A DNA stretch of 64,000 bases from an uncultured Weeksellaceae bacterium (GTDB lineage Bacteria; Bacteroidota; Bacteroidia; Flavobacteriales_D; UBA2798): contig CAYWRZ010000002.1 of the NCBI GenBank assembly GCA_964460845.1, positions 17,835 to 81,834 on the forward strand, in the 5' to 3' direction. Positions within the stretch are counted from its first letter, which is position 1. The number at the start of each line of letters is the position of its first letter. The position numbers and the translations under genes were made by a program. Shown here in pieces: positions 8,935-19,366 of this stretch. The notes under the pieces are model-generated. The model was not told the origin of the DNA and did no database searches. It worked only from the letters and a program-made list of their open reading frames with translations.

Positions 8935-9903
8935 TCAGAGCGAAAGAATTTCCATCATCTTCAGGTAATCGGGATTGAGCCCTTGCAGGTGCTTTACGGT
9001 TTTTTGGAAGGGGTTAAGCCTGATTTGTCCGTTGACAATACCCACCATCACATTGCGTTCGCCAGCCCGCAGCGCTTCTACTGCGGCAAATCCCATACGC
9101 GAAGCCTGTACCCGGTCGAGGCAGGTGGGGTTGCCCCCGCGTTGCAGGTGTCCGAGCACGGTGACCCGCGTGTCGAAACCAGGCAGGGCTTCTCTTACCT
9201 GACGGGCTACGCTGAAGGCGCCGCCTTCTTCGTCGCCTTCCGACACGATGATGATTTTCGAAGATTTGTCTTTGCGTCCTTCCGACAGCTTGCGGATAAG
9301 TTCCGGGATATCGGTTTTGGTTTCGGGAATCAGAATGGCTTCGGCACCTACGGCCAGTCCGCTGCGCAAGGCGATAAGCCCCGCATCGCGACCCATTACT
9401 TCTACGAAAAACAGGCGGTCGTGGCTTTCGGCAGTGTCTCTTATTTTATCGACGGCTTCGACTACAGTATTCAGTGCGGTATCGTAGCCTATGGTATAAT
9501 CGGTACCCGACAGGTCGTTGTCTATGGTACCCGGGCAGCCCACAAAAGGAATATTGCTCATTTCGCTGAAGGTAGCCGCACCGCGAAAAGTACCATCGCC
9601 TCCGATGGCCACCACGCCTTCGATACCGTGCATTTGCAAATTTTCGAGGGCTATTTTACGACCCTCGGGCTGCATAAAACGTGCGCTTCTCGACGTTTTA
9701 AGCAAAGTACCGCCCCGGTTGATGATACGGGCTACCGAGCGGCGTTCCAATGGAATAAACTCGTTGTTGATCATGCCTTCGTAGCCCCGCAGGATGCCCA
9801 TCACTTCCATTCCGTAATAGATGCCCGTACGCACTACCGCGCGAATACAGGCGTTCATTCCGGGCGAATCGCCGCCCGAAGTAAATACGGCTATTTTTTT
9901 CAT
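8935..9903 (-). CDS. pfkA: ATP-dependent 6-phosphofructokinase
   Basis: MKKIAVFTSGGDSPGMNACIRAVVR, IGGDGTF, PGTIDND, MGR. Confidence 0.95.
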   Translation of the reverse strand: MKKIAVFTSGGDSPGMNACIRAVVRTGIYYGMEVMGILRGYEGMINNEFIPLERRSVARIINRGGTLLKTSRSARFMQPEGRKIALENLQMHGIEGVVAIGGDGTFRGAATFSEMSNIPFVGCPGTIDNDLSGTDYTIGYDTALNTVVEAVDKIRDTAESHDRLFFVEVMGRDAGLIALRSGLAVGAEAILIPETKTDIPELIRKLSEGRKDKSSKIIIVSEGDEEGGAFSVARQVREALPGFDTRVTVLGHLQRGGNPTCLDRVQASRMGFAAVEALRAGERNVMVGIVNGQIRLNPFQKTVKHLQGLNPDYLKMMEILSL

Positions 9904-10069
9904 ACGCTACACAAGTGGTTACAGGCATTAAAGTAAGCGAATATTTGACAAATCGCTTGGTTTCCGGCTTTAGTTCCTGTAAAAAATAAACCCTGGCCGG
10001 AGAGAGTGCCTGCTTTTTATCGGGATTAATTCCGGAAATGCATAGTTTTACACCGCGAGAAAAGAACCT

Positions 10070-10831
10070 ATGAAGAAACTATACGGCTGGTTGCTCAAAA
10101 CCATTCCCCGGCCCTGGCTCATCCGGCTCAGCTATGTGTTCAGGCTTTTTGCCCCGCTTTTTCTGAAAGGCAATAAGGTAGAATGTCCGGTATGTACCAA
10201 AACTTATAAGCGTTTTTTACCTTACGGTGCCCGCCAGCGACCCAATGTGCTGTGTCCCAATTGCCTTTCGCTCGAAAGGCACCGCTTGCTCTGGCTTTAT
10301 CTGCAGGAGAAAACGGATTTTTTTACGGCTCCGCATCAGATGCTGCACGTAGCTCCCGAGCAATGTTTTTACCATCGTTTTAAAGCGCTGAAAAACTTGA
10401 AATACACTACGGCCGATTTGGTATCGCCTTTGGCCGAAGTGAAAATGGATTTGCACCATATTCCTTTTCCCGACGAAAGTTACGATGTGATTCTCTGTAA
10501 TCATGTGCTGGAGCATGTAGAAGATGATCGGCGCTGTATGCGTGAGCTGTTTCGTGTGCTGCGTCCCGGCGGTTTTGCCATTATGCAGGTTCCGATGGAT
10601 TATACGCGAAGCAGCACTTTCGAAGATCCGACGATTACCCGTCCCGAAGACCGTGAAAAACACTTTTGGCAGAAAGATCACCTGCGCCTTTACGGGCTGG
10701 ATTACCCCGATCGCCTTCGCGAAGCCGGTTTTAGGGTAGAAGAAGTCCGTATCGGCGATACCTTGGGCGAGACGCTGCGTGAACGTTACCGCCTCGATCC
10801 GCAGGAACCGCTTTATGTGTGTACCCGTTAA
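10070..10831 (+). CDS. class I SAM-dependent methyltransferase with N-terminal zinc ribbon
   Basis: CPVC...CPNC ribbon, then a methyltransferase fold (VILCNHVLEHVEDD, LRPGGFAIMQVP). Confidence 0.75.
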   Translation: MKKLYGWLLKTIPRPWLIRLSYVFRLFAPLFLKGNKVECPVCTKTYKRFLPYGARQRPNVLCPNCLSLERHRLLWLYLQEKTDFFTAPHQMLHVAPEQCFYHRFKALKNLKYTTADLVSPLAEVKMDLHHIPFPDESYDVILCNHVLEHVEDDRRCMRELFRVLRPGGFAIMQVPMDYTRSSTFEDPTITRPEDREKHFWQKDHLRLYGLDYPDRLREAGFRVEEVRIGDTLGETLRERYRLDPQEPLYVCTR

Positions 10832-10874
10832 AGCCTTCCCTTCTTTTTTTAGGGAACGGTTGCGGCAAATTTCG

Positions 10875-10882
10875 TAACTTTG
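10875..10882 (+). promoter_or_regulatory. -7 promoter box (TAACTTTG) upstream of guaB
   Basis: Perfect TAnnTTTG match. The motif ends at 10882 and the ATG is at 10911. Confidence 0.4.
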
Positions 10883-10910
10883 CGCAATTTTAAAGACCGG
10901 AATTACGCTT

Positions 10911-12386
10911 ATGACCGTATCTGATTCCAAAATCATCGGCGAAGGGCTTACCTACGACGATGTGCTTCTCGTACCCAACTACTCGGAAGTGCTCCCCCGC
11001 GAAGTGGACATACGTTCGCGCCTTACCCGCAATATCGTTATCAACCTGCCGCTCGTTTCGGCCGCGATGGACACCGTAACCGAATCGGCACTGGCTATTG
11101 CCCTGGCGCAACAGGGTGGAATAGGGGTAATTCATAAGAATATGAGTGTCGAAAAGCAGGCGGCCGAGGTGCGTAAGGTGAAGCGTTCGGAAAGCGGAAT
11201 GATTCAGGATCCGATTACTTTGCCGGTAAATGCTACCGTAGGCGATGCCCTGAAAATTATGTCGGAGAACAAAATAGGGGGTATTCCTGTAATCGATGGA
11301 AACCATAAGCTGGTGGGTATTGTGACCAACCGGGATCTGCGTTTTGAGAAGAAAACCGGCAAGCCCGTAGCCGAAGTAATGACCACCACCAAGCTGATTA
11401 CGGCTAAAAAAGGAATAGACCTGTTTCAGGCCGAAGGCATTCTTCAGCAAAATAAAATTGAAAAGCTTCCGGTGGTGGACGATGAGTTTAAGCTCGTTGG
11501 CCTTATCACCTACCGCGATATTATCAAGCTCAAAGAACATCCCAATTCCTGTAAGGATCACCTCGGTCGCCTCAGAGTAGCGGCTGCGGTGGGCATTACG
11601 CACAATACTGCCGAACGTGTAGCTGCCCTGGTGGCTGCCGGTGTGGATGCCGTCGTGATCGATACGGCGCACGGACATACCGCTGCCGTAGTGCAGGTGC
11701 TCAAGCAGGTAAAAGAAGCGCATCCCTCGCTCGAAGTAGTGGTCGGTAACATCGCCACCCCCGAAGCCGCACTTGCTTTGGTCGAAGCCGGAGCCGATGC
11801 GGTGAAAGTTGGTATAGGTCCGGGCTCTATCTGCACCACCCGCGTGATTGCCGGTGTGGGCGTTCCCCAGCTTTATGCCGTGATGACAGTGGCCAAAGCG
11901 CTCGAAGGGACAGGCGTACCTGTTATCGCCGATGGTGGTATCCGTTATACCGGCGACGTGGTAAAGGCTATTGCAGCCGGTGCCTCTACCGTAATGGTTG
12001 GCTCGATGTTTGCCGGAGTGGAAGAATCGCCCGGAGAAACCATCATTTACGAAGGAAGAAAATTCAAATCCTATCGCGGTATGGGTTCTATCGAAGCCAT
12101 GCAACAGGGATCGAAAGACCGTTATTTCCAGGACATGGAAGACGATATTAAAAAACTGGTACCCGAAGGCATTTCGGGGCGTGTGCCCTACAAAGGTCAT
12201 TTGGCCGAGGTGACTTATCAGGTAGTCGGCGGACTGAGAGCCGGAATGGGCTATTGCGGTGCCAAAGACGTACCTTCATTGCAGGAGAAAGCCCGTTTTG
12301 TCAGAATTACCACAGCCGGTTTCCGCGAGAGTCACCCGCACAACATCAACATTACCCGCGAAGCACCCAATTACAGTATTGTTTAA
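10911..12386 (+). CDS. guaB: IMP dehydrogenase
   Basis: 491 aa. [13 protein letters not shown], tandem CBS insert, and catalytic loop [11 protein letters not shown]. Confidence 0.95.
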   Translation: MTVSDSKIIGEGLTYDDVLLVPNYSEVLPREVDIRSRLTRNIVINLPLVSAAMDTVTESALAIALAQQGGIGVIHKNMSVEKQAAEVRKVKRSESGMIQDPITLPVNATVGDALKIMSENKIGGIPVIDGNHKLVGIVTNRDLRFEKKTGKPVAEVMTTTKLITAKKGIDLFQAEGILQQNKIEKLPVVDDEFKLVGLITYRDIIKLKEHPNSCKDHLGRLRVAAAVGITHNTAERVAALVAAGVDAVVIDTAHGHTAAVVQVLKQVKEAHPSLEVVVGNIATPEAALALVEAGADAVKVGIGPGSICTTRVIAGVGVPQLYAVMTVAKALEGTGVPVIADGGIRYTGDVVKAIAAGASTVMVGSMFAGVEESPGETIIYEGRKFKSYRGMGSIEAMQQGSKDRYFQDMEDDIKKLVPEGISGRVPYKGHLAEVTYQVVGGLRAGMGYCGAKDVPSLQEKARFVRITTAGFRESHPHNINITREAPNYSIV

Positions 12387-12422
12387 AACGCTATAAATCC
12401 TCCACGAATCATTCCTACGCGC

Positions 12423-14387
12423 ATGAAAATCACACCTTTTTTCGGATGGGCACTGGCCTTGTTGCTCAGTACGCCTGTGTTGGCACAGCAGAACGATGCC
12501 GTGATCATGACTGTTAATGGCAAACCCGTGTACAAGTCGGAGTTTGAAGCCATTTACCGTAAAAACAACAAAGAGGCTAACGTGTCTCCTCAGGCACTGG
12601 ACGAGTACATGGAACTTTTTACCAATTTCAGGCTAAAAGTAGCTGATGCTCAGGAATTAGGACTTGATACCGTTCGTAAATTCCGCGACGAGCTGGCCGG
12701 ATACCGCAAGCAGTTAGCCCGCCCTTATCTGGTAGATAATGAGTTGTCGGAAGATTTGGTCAAAGAGGCTTATGACCGAATGAAAGAAGAAATCAGGGCC
12801 AGCCATATTCTGGTACGTTGCGACTGGGAAGCAGACCCGAAAGATACCCTTGCCGCCTGGAAAAAAGCGATAGCCCTTCGCGAAAGAGTGATTAAAACCG
12901 GCGATTTTGCGCAGGTAGCCTCGGGCAAAAACGGCTCCGAAGATCCTTCGGTGTCCGAAAACAAAGGCGATTTGGGCTATTTTACCGCGCTTCGGATGGT
13001 GTATCCTTTCGAAAGTGCCGCCTATAAGCTCAACACAGGCGAAATTTCCATGCCGGTACGTTCTAATTACGGCTATCATATTATTAAAGTGACCGACCGT
13101 CGTCCTGCACGAGGAACCATCCGTGTGGCCCATATCCTCATTTCGGCTACCGCAAAAGACACTCCCGAAAATCAGGAAAAAGCCCTCGCCAAAATACAGG
13201 AGATTCGCGACCGGATCATCGCCGGCGAAGGATTTGCAGAAATGGCCCTGCTGCATTCCGACGACGTAGGATCCAGCCGCCGAGGAGGTGAGCTTGCGCC
13301 TTTCGGTACCAATGGAACCGTGCAAATGGTAGAAGAATTTGAGAATGCCTCTTTTGCACTCAAAGAAGACGGCGATATTTCTCCCGTAATCCGCACTTCA
13401 TACGGATATCATATTATCAAACGTTTGGAGCTGAAGCCGCTCGAACCCTTCGACGAACTAAAAGCATCGATCCGTCAGCGTATAGCGCGTGATTCGCGTT
13501 CGCAGCTTCCGCAGCAATCGTTTGTCAACAAGCTGAAAGCCAAATACGGATTTAAAGAAAATGAAAAAGCCCTCGCTCCTTATTACAAAGCGGTAGATAC
13601 ACTGGTGTTCTACGCGGCCTGGGATGGGCGCAATACCGCCAACTTTAAAGCGGTGATGTTTGAATTTGCCGGTAAGAAATATACCCAGCAGGAGTTTACC
13701 GCTTATATTTTGGGCAATCAGCGTAAAGGCCAGCGCGAAGACATTCACGTGTATGTAAACCGCAGCTACGAGCGTTGGAAAAATCAGATCATTATCGGAT
13801 ACGAAGATGCCCGTTTGGAAGAAAGCTATCCTGATTTCCGTTTGCTGATGAACGAGTACCGCGACGGTATCCTGCTGTTTGAGCTCACCGAGCAGAAAGT
13901 ATGGTCGAAAGCGGTGAAAGACAGCGCCGGCTTAGCCGAATTTTACGAAGCCAATAAGCAGAATTATATGTGGCCTATTCGTTACCAGTCCGAAATCTAT
14001 TACGCCGCCGATGCAAAAATTGCCAAAGCGCTTCGCAAGGATTTGAAAAAAGGAAAACTTGATCCGGCCGCACTCGCCGAGAAATACAATAAAGATTCGC
14101 AGCTCAATCTGAAAATTGAAACGGGAACCTTTATCGGTTCAGACAACGAATTGTTGACCAATCACACCCCAAAAAGCACCGGACTTTCGGAAGATATTCC
14201 CTACAACGGGCAGGTGGTGATTATTCGTACGCTTCGTATATTGGATCCCGCTCCCAAAACGCTGGCCGAAGGAAAAGGACAAATCACTTCCGATTACCAA
14301 AATTACCTCGAAGCCGAATGGATCAAGTCGCTGCGTGCGCGCTATCCGGTAGAGGTAAACAAAGAAGTGCTGCACAGCATCAAATAA
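12423..14387 (+). CDS. periplasmic peptidyl-prolyl isomerase with two parvulin domains
   Basis: Signal peptide. Two PpiC-type modules (IRASHILV...YGYHIIKVTD and IRVAHILIS...YGYHIIKRLE). Confidence 0.85.
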   Translation: MKITPFFGWALALLLSTPVLAQQNDAVIMTVNGKPVYKSEFEAIYRKNNKEANVSPQALDEYMELFTNFRLKVADAQELGLDTVRKFRDELAGYRKQLARPYLVDNELSEDLVKEAYDRMKEEIRASHILVRCDWEADPKDTLAAWKKAIALRERVIKTGDFAQVASGKNGSEDPSVSENKGDLGYFTALRMVYPFESAAYKLNTGEISMPVRSNYGYHIIKVTDRRPARGTIRVAHILISATAKDTPENQEKALAKIQEIRDRIIAGEGFAEMALLHSDDVGSSRRGGELAPFGTNGTVQMVEEFENASFALKEDGDISPVIRTSYGYHIIKRLELKPLEPFDELKASIRQRIARDSRSQLPQQSFVNKLKAKYGFKENEKALAPYYKAVDTLVFYAAWDGRNTANFKAVMFEFAGKKYTQQEFTAYILGNQRKGQREDIHVYVNRSYERWKNQIIIGYEDARLEESYPDFRLLMNEYRDGILLFELTEQKVWSKAVKDSAGLAEFYEANKQNYMWPIRYQSEIYYAADAKIAKALRKDLKKGKLDPAALAEKYNKDSQLNLKIETGTFIGSDNELLTNHTPKSTGLSEDIPYNGQVVIIRTLRILDPAPKTLAEGKGQITSDYQNYLEAEWIKSLRARYPVEVNKEVLHSIK

Positions 14388-15236
14388 ATGAAGTACGGGC
14401 TTATCTTCGGTTGCCTTGTCGGTTTACTGGCGGTTTCCTGCCGGCAGCAGACGGTGTCCGAAGAGGGCTTGCTGGCAAAAGTGTACGACAAGACCCTTTA
14501 CCTTTCGGAAGTAAGAAAGCAGATGCCGCGTGGGCTCAGTCCCGAAGACAGCCTCGTATTTGTGAAGGAATACACCGACGGTTGGATACGGGAGTCCGTG
14601 ATGCTGCACCGGGCCGAGCAGGAACTGCCCAATGAAGCGCTCGATGTGCAAAACCGGCTCGAACACTATCGACGTTCCCTGCTTATTTATGCCTACGAAA
14701 AAGAATACGCCCAGCAAAAGCTTGATACTACGGTAAGCGAAACAGAGATCGAAACGCATTATCAGGAGAATCAGGAAGATTTTAAGCTGGCCGACTATAT
14801 CGTAAAAGTGCTGTACATCAAGCTCGATAAAAACGATCGCCAAAAAGAAAAAGTGGCTCGTTGGTACAAATCGACCGTAAAAGCCGATAGGGTAGAACTG
14901 GAAAAATATTGTGCCGAAAACGCCGTTAACTACTACAACGATTCCGAAAGCTGGGTTTATCTGAACGAGCTGTTACGTGAAGTACCGCTGCGTCTCGACG
15001 ATAAGCAGGCTTTTTTGGAACAGCAGAAATCGGCACAATTTGAAGACGAAGAATTTGCGTATTACTTGTGGATATACGACTACCGGCTGAAAGATTCCTT
15101 CTCTCCGCTGAGTTTGGAAAGAGAAAATATTAAGGCACGCATTTTGAACCTGCGTACCACCGAACTGATAAAGCAGATGCGAATCGAACTGTTGAAATCC
15201 GCTTCGGCCGAAATTAAAAATTATGTGGAAAATTAA
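14388..15236 (+). CDS. lipoprotein, SurA-N/chaperone-like (no parvulin domain seen)
   Basis: Lipobox LLAVSC. It is abutted to the upstream PPIase gene (stop 14387, ATG 14388) and overlaps the downstream one by 14 nt. Confidence 0.55.
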   Translation: MKYGLIFGCLVGLLAVSCRQQTVSEEGLLAKVYDKTLYLSEVRKQMPRGLSPEDSLVFVKEYTDGWIRESVMLHRAEQELPNEALDVQNRLEHYRRSLLIYAYEKEYAQQKLDTTVSETEIETHYQENQEDFKLADYIVKVLYIKLDKNDRQKEKVARWYKSTVKADRVELEKYCAENAVNYYNDSESWVYLNELLREVPLRLDDKQAFLEQQKSAQFEDEEFAYYLWIYDYRLKDSFSPLSLERENIKARILNLRTTELIKQMRIELLKSASAEIKNYVEN

Positions 15237-16566
15237 GTTCCTGTTGCTTTTTACGGCACTGTCGCTGGCCTCTTTAGCGCAGGCTCAGCAAAATATAGAT
15301 CGCGTAGTGGCCGTAGTGGGCGATAAACCGGTGCTTTGGTCGGAACTCGAAACCCAACGTCTGCAAGCCGAACAGCAGGGTATCAACCTGGGGGCGAATC
15401 CTTACGGACAAATTCTGGATCAATTGCTGCTTCAATACCTTTTGCTCCATAATGCGGAGGTGGATAGTGTAAGCGTACCCGAGAATCAGGTCATGTCGGA
15501 GCTCGATGCCCGTATCCGGTATTTTGAAAATCAGATTGGCGGACGTAAAAAGCTGGAAGAGTTTTACGGGAAAAGCATCGATCAGATCAAAGAAGAATTT
15601 CACGATGTGATTCAAGACAAGCTGACCTCGCAGGCGATGGAAAGTAAAATTGTGAGCGAAGTCAAAGTGACACCTTCCGATATTCGGCGTTTTTTTGAGA
15701 AAATTCCGGTGGACAGTCTGCCTTATATCAACTCACAGGTAGAAATAGGGCAGATTACCATTGTGCCCAAAGTGAGCGACGAAGATAAAAAAGCGGTTAG
15801 GGAAAAGCTGGAGAAAGTGCGGACGCAGATCATAAAAGGGGAAACCAGTTTTTGTCTCGAAGCCCTGTACTCGGAAGACCCCGGAACTAATTCTAAGTGC
15901 GGAGAATGGGATTTTGTGCGCCGGGGAACATTTGTACCCGAGTTCGATGCTATTGCTTTCCGCCTGAAAGACGGAGAATATTCGGAAGTGTTTGAAACGG
16001 ATTACGGTTTCCATTTCATGCAGCTTATTCAGCGCCGTGGCGAAGAGTACAAAGGACGTCATATCCTGTATATTCCGAAAGTCAGCGCCATCCAGCTACG
16101 CGAAGCAGGGCAGAAGCTCGACAGCATTTCGACACAATTGGTAGAGGGTACCCTCTCCTTTGAAGAGGCGGTGCTGCTGTATTCGACCGACGAGGAAAGT
16201 AAGTTCAATCACGGTAAAATGATGAATCCTGCTACCGGCGATGCCCGCTTCGATATTGCCGAGCTCGATCCGCAACTGTTTATTACCATCGACCAGATGC
16301 AGGAGGGAGCCTTTTCCCGCCCTATCGCATTTCAGACCCCCGATGGCAAGCAGGGCTATCGTATTCTCAAGCTGATAAAAAGAACCAGTCCGCACCGTGC
16401 CAACCTGAACGACGATTATCAGATCATTGCCAACGCTGCCCAGCGCGATAAGGAACGTTTGGCGCTCGAAGGCTGGACGAAATACCGCATCGGTATCACC
16501 TATATTTGGATTTCGGAAGAATTCAGGGATTATGAGTACCGCTATCCCTGGGTGAAGACCCAATAA
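15223..16566 (+). CDS. SurA-like periplasmic chaperone / peptidyl-prolyl isomerase
   Basis: Signal peptide. SurA N-domain-like IDRVVAVVGDKPVLWSELE. Parvulin module GRHILYIP...DYGFHFMQL. Confidence 0.8.
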   Translation: MWKIKFLLLFTALSLASLAQAQQNIDRVVAVVGDKPVLWSELETQRLQAEQQGINLGANPYGQILDQLLLQYLLLHNAEVDSVSVPENQVMSELDARIRYFENQIGGRKKLEEFYGKSIDQIKEEFHDVIQDKLTSQAMESKIVSEVKVTPSDIRRFFEKIPVDSLPYINSQVEIGQITIVPKVSDEDKKAVREKLEKVRTQIIKGETSFCLEALYSEDPGTNSKCGEWDFVRRGTFVPEFDAIAFRLKDGEYSEVFETDYGFHFMQLIQRRGEEYKGRHILYIPKVSAIQLREAGQKLDSISTQLVEGTLSFEEAVLLYSTDEESKFNHGKMMNPATGDARFDIAELDPQLFITIDQMQEGAFSRPIAFQTPDGKQGYRILKLIKRTSPHRANLNDDYQIIANAAQRDKERLALEGWTKYRIGITYIWISEEFRDYEYRYPWVKTQ

Positions 16567-16577
16567 AATTTCTCCGT

Positions 16578-17195
16578 ATGCTGCGTTTACGATTTCTGCT
16601 TCTATGGATAGTGGTGGGTATTTTTTCCTGCCAGGGCAGCCTGAGCTCTACTACTGCCGAACCCGTATCCGACCCCTTTGTAAAAAAGCTTTGTGAAGCC
16701 ACCGTGCAGCAAACGAAGCAAAAGGTAACGTACGACGGTTCCTACTACCGCATCGATTACCCGGGAGGTGATGTACCCGAAAATATCGGCGTATGTACCG
16801 ACGTAATTATTCGCGCTTATCGGAAAACAGGTTATGATTTGCAGCAGCTTATTCATGAAGACATGAAAAAAGCCAAAGCTGAATATGACCGTCGTCGCAA
16901 AAGCGCGCAGCTCGATCGCAATATAGATCATCGGCGTGTGCCCAACATACAGACGTTTCTGGAAAGAAAGGGAGCCAAAAAGCCCATTACCAGTAATGAA
17001 GCGGATTATTTACCCGGCGATATCGTATGCTGGGATATAGCGGCCGGACACATAGGACTGGTGGTAAACCATAAAGTGCCGGGCACCTCACGGTATATGA
17101 TTGTGCACAATATTTGTTGCGGACCGCAGCTCGAAGATTTTCTTTTCAGGGCTACTATTGTCGGGCATTACCGCTGGCATCCGCCTTTGCGTTAA
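16578..17195 (+). CDS. DUF1287 family protein
   Basis: YDGSYYRIDYPGGDVPENIGVCTDVIIRAYRK...GDIVCWD...GHIGLVV matches my memory of DUF1287. Confidence 0.7.
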   Translation: MLRLRFLLLWIVVGIFSCQGSLSSTTAEPVSDPFVKKLCEATVQQTKQKVTYDGSYYRIDYPGGDVPENIGVCTDVIIRAYRKTGYDLQQLIHEDMKKAKAEYDRRRKSAQLDRNIDHRRVPNIQTFLERKGAKKPITSNEADYLPGDIVCWDIAAGHIGLVVNHKVPGTSRYMIVHNICCGPQLEDFLFRATIVGHYRWHPPLR

Positions 17196-18118
17196 GCGTC
17201 CTGTTTTACCTTTTCACCTTGTTTTTCCGCTTTTATAGCCCTTTCAATCAGGGGAAACGACAGCATGGAAAGCAAACAGTAAGAAAGGAAAAAATAGAGT
17301 CCGGGCAGGGTAGAGCTTTCGGTATCTATACCGGTATTCAGGTTGTAGAACGAGAGAAATGCCAGGAATACCGCGACCACAAACACATCGGCCATACTCC
17401 ATTTGCCTATCCAGGAAACGGTTTTTACCAGCCATTTTCGGTTTCTCAGCGGCCGGCTGATCAGCATCAGCAGCGAAAGCGACACTTTAAATAGTGGAAC
17501 TACTACGCTGAATAGCGTGATACATACGGCAATGATACCATTGCCACTTTGCAGGAGCATCTGTACCAAATCGGATACCGATTTGTTTTGGTAATAAAAG
17601 TACATTCTGCCGTCGAATGTACGGCTCAGATCAATTTCGATACCGACGTAAGGTATTTCTGTTTTTACCGGTATTTCGAGGTTGGCTTTAAAGGCTCCTA
17701 TTTCCAGCATGGGGAAAAAAAGTCCGTTGACCAGGCACACAATAGCTACGGCGAGCATGGCTTGGGCAAAATAGCGGGCAAATTCGCCCCGCCAGCTAAA
17801 TAACAGGGCTACGAGCGCTAAAAATAGCACAGCGCCCACTACCAATTGGTAAGCCCCTTGTAGGGCCAGATCGTAATTGCGCACCGAAGATTCGTGATGT
17901 TCTTCGGCCTTATGCAATGCCGCGCGGTAAGCCTTTTTACCGGGTAACCATTCGTCGATGTTGAGCAGCCTGTTTTTAAAATTAAGGGCTTCGGCATAGC
18001 GCGCCATTTCGCGCTGATAGGCTTTACCATGCTGAATAAACGCTACAGTGCTCCAGACCGAAAAAGTGAGAAATAAACTGAGTAAAAGCGTAAAAATCAG
18101 TGGATTAATGTTCTTCAT
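17192..18118 (-). CDS. PqiA-like (paraquat-inducible protein A family) integral membrane protein
   Basis: Polytopic, 308 aa. The C-terminal half has VVVPLFKVSLSLLMLI...IGKWSMADVFVVAVFLAFL, which resembles the PqiA signature. It starts 9 nt after the SiaC-like stop. Confidence 0.6.
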   Translation of the reverse strand: MKNINPLIFTLLLSLFLTFSVWSTVAFIQHGKAYQREMARYAEALNFKNRLLNIDEWLPGKKAYRAALHKAEEHHESSVRNYDLALQGAYQLVVGAVLFLALVALLFSWRGEFARYFAQAMLAVAIVCLVNGLFFPMLEIGAFKANLEIPVKTEIPYVGIEIDLSRTFDGRMYFYYQNKSVSDLVQMLLQSGNGIIAVCITLFSVVVPLFKVSLSLLMLISRPLRNRKWLVKTVSWIGKWSMADVFVVAVFLAFLSFYNLNTGIDTESSTLPGLYFFLSYCLLSMLSFPLIERAIKAEKQGEKVKQDA

Positions 18119-18127
18119 GTTTATTCG

Positions 18128-18508
18128 TTATTCCAGTTCCGACACCTCAATCATTTTAAAAGGAATACGCACAATAGCCTCGTAATCCTGCCCGGCTTCC
18201 AGCATATCCTCATCGTCTTGTTCGTAATACCATTTTATCAGCAGCTCCGATTCGCGTATTCTTTCGAGCTTTTTCAACATATCGAGCAGGCATTTGGAAG
18301 AGCTGGTATTGAAGTACTCCAGCTTGATGTTAAATTCTGTACGCGATACCGGCGATTTTGAATAGGCTTCTATCCAGTCGAGCAGAGGCTTGTAAAATTC
18401 GATCGAGTTTTCGGGGATCGAACGACCTTTGAGCTCGAGAAATCCACGTTCTTTATTTAATTCAACCGCCGGGGTTTTTGGGGTGCTTTTGAGCAAAATA
18501 TTTTCCAT
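18128..18508 (-). CDS. SiaC-like DUF1987 partner-switch protein
   Basis: 126 aa. Collinear by eye with P. aeruginosa SiaC (STPKTPAVEL, SIPENSIEFYKPLLDWI, YFNTSSSKCLLDML). Confidence 0.8.
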   Translation of the reverse strand: MENILLKSTPKTPAVELNKERGFLELKGRSIPENSIEFYKPLLDWIEAYSKSPVSRTEFNIKLEYFNTSSSKCLLDMLKKLERIRESELLIKWYYEQDDEDMLEAGQDYEAIVRIPFKMIEVSELE

Positions 18509-18522
18509 ACCGGTAGATTTTT

Positions 18523-19065
18523 TCAGGAAGTGATTTTTACATGGAGTGAAAAAAAAGAATGTCGCTGATCGGCAGGTAAGAAGCGGTATTCCAGTTTTTG
18601 GCCCGATTTGCGGGCAATATCAATAATGCCGAGTCCGCCTCCGCCTTTGAAAGAAACCTGTCCGTTATTCAGTACCGAGCGGTGATGTTTCCTGAGCTGA
18701 TCGCGGTTCATGCCGTTTACTTCGTCAATTTGCTGCCTTAACAGTTGTACATTTTCGGAAGGAATGAAGTTGCCGGTGAGAATAAAGTAGTGCGCTTCTT
18801 TTTTTCCGATCATAAAAATGCCCGATCCTGCCGTGGGATTCAGCGAAGCGGGTAATTCGGAATCTATATGCTGATAAAGGTTCTGTAAACACTCCACCAA
18901 TACGTTGAACACTTTCTTCTTTACCCTGACCGGGGTTTCGTGTGCCAGCTTCGACTCTACAATGTGCAGCATACCGGTAAGCAGCTCAGGCGTAAAAGAG
19001 CCTTTGAACGAAAGCATGACCTGATCCTGTTCCAACTGGCGGTATAGTGCGTAGATATCTGGCAT
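18523..19065 (-). CDS. SiaB-like anti-sigma-type serine/threonine kinase (HATPase fold)
   Basis: 180 aa. N box VLVECLQN and G box GGGGLGIIDIARKSG, as in RsbW/SpoIIAB/SiaB. It lies directly upstream of the DUF1987 gene. Confidence 0.7.
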   Translation of the reverse strand: MPDIYALYRQLEQDQVMLSFKGSFTPELLTGMLHIVESKLAHETPVRVKKKVFNVLVECLQNLYQHIDSELPASLNPTAGSGIFMIGKKEAHYFILTGNFIPSENVQLLRQQIDEVNGMNRDQLRKHHRSVLNNGQVSFKGGGGLGIIDIARKSGQKLEYRFLPADQRHSFFSLHVKITS

Positions 19066-19366
19066 AAGAGACGGTGCGCTACTTGTATATTTAATAGTTT
19101 AAAAATGAGAACGTTCCTTTTTATCCGGAAAGTAATCTGATTTTTTATATCCCTTCAATACAAGTTAAAAATAAGGAATTTAAAAGTATAAGCAGATCGC
19201 AGGAGCGAAAATCGTACGGCCAAATTACAAGCTTGAAAAAATATTTTTTTCAGGTGTCCATTCTTTATGCGATTCATTTTCACTAACTTTTCTTTTTGTT
19301 TTTGCCAATTCACGCGATGGCTTACATTTCGCTCATCCGTACGGAGCGAATCTTTATCTTTAACAC

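Noticed and set aside
10890-12200. 436-aa ORF antisense to guaB. Similar long antisense ORFs occur at 475-1350, 8983-9936, 19643-20521, 29354-30004, 41252-42058 and 60634-61779.
   Set aside because: Each lies entirely inside a strongly recognisable gene on the other strand. Their translations are low-complexity and rich in Arg, Gly, His and Phe, with no recognisable motifs. This is the typical shadow-ORF artefact of the codon bias of the real gene.
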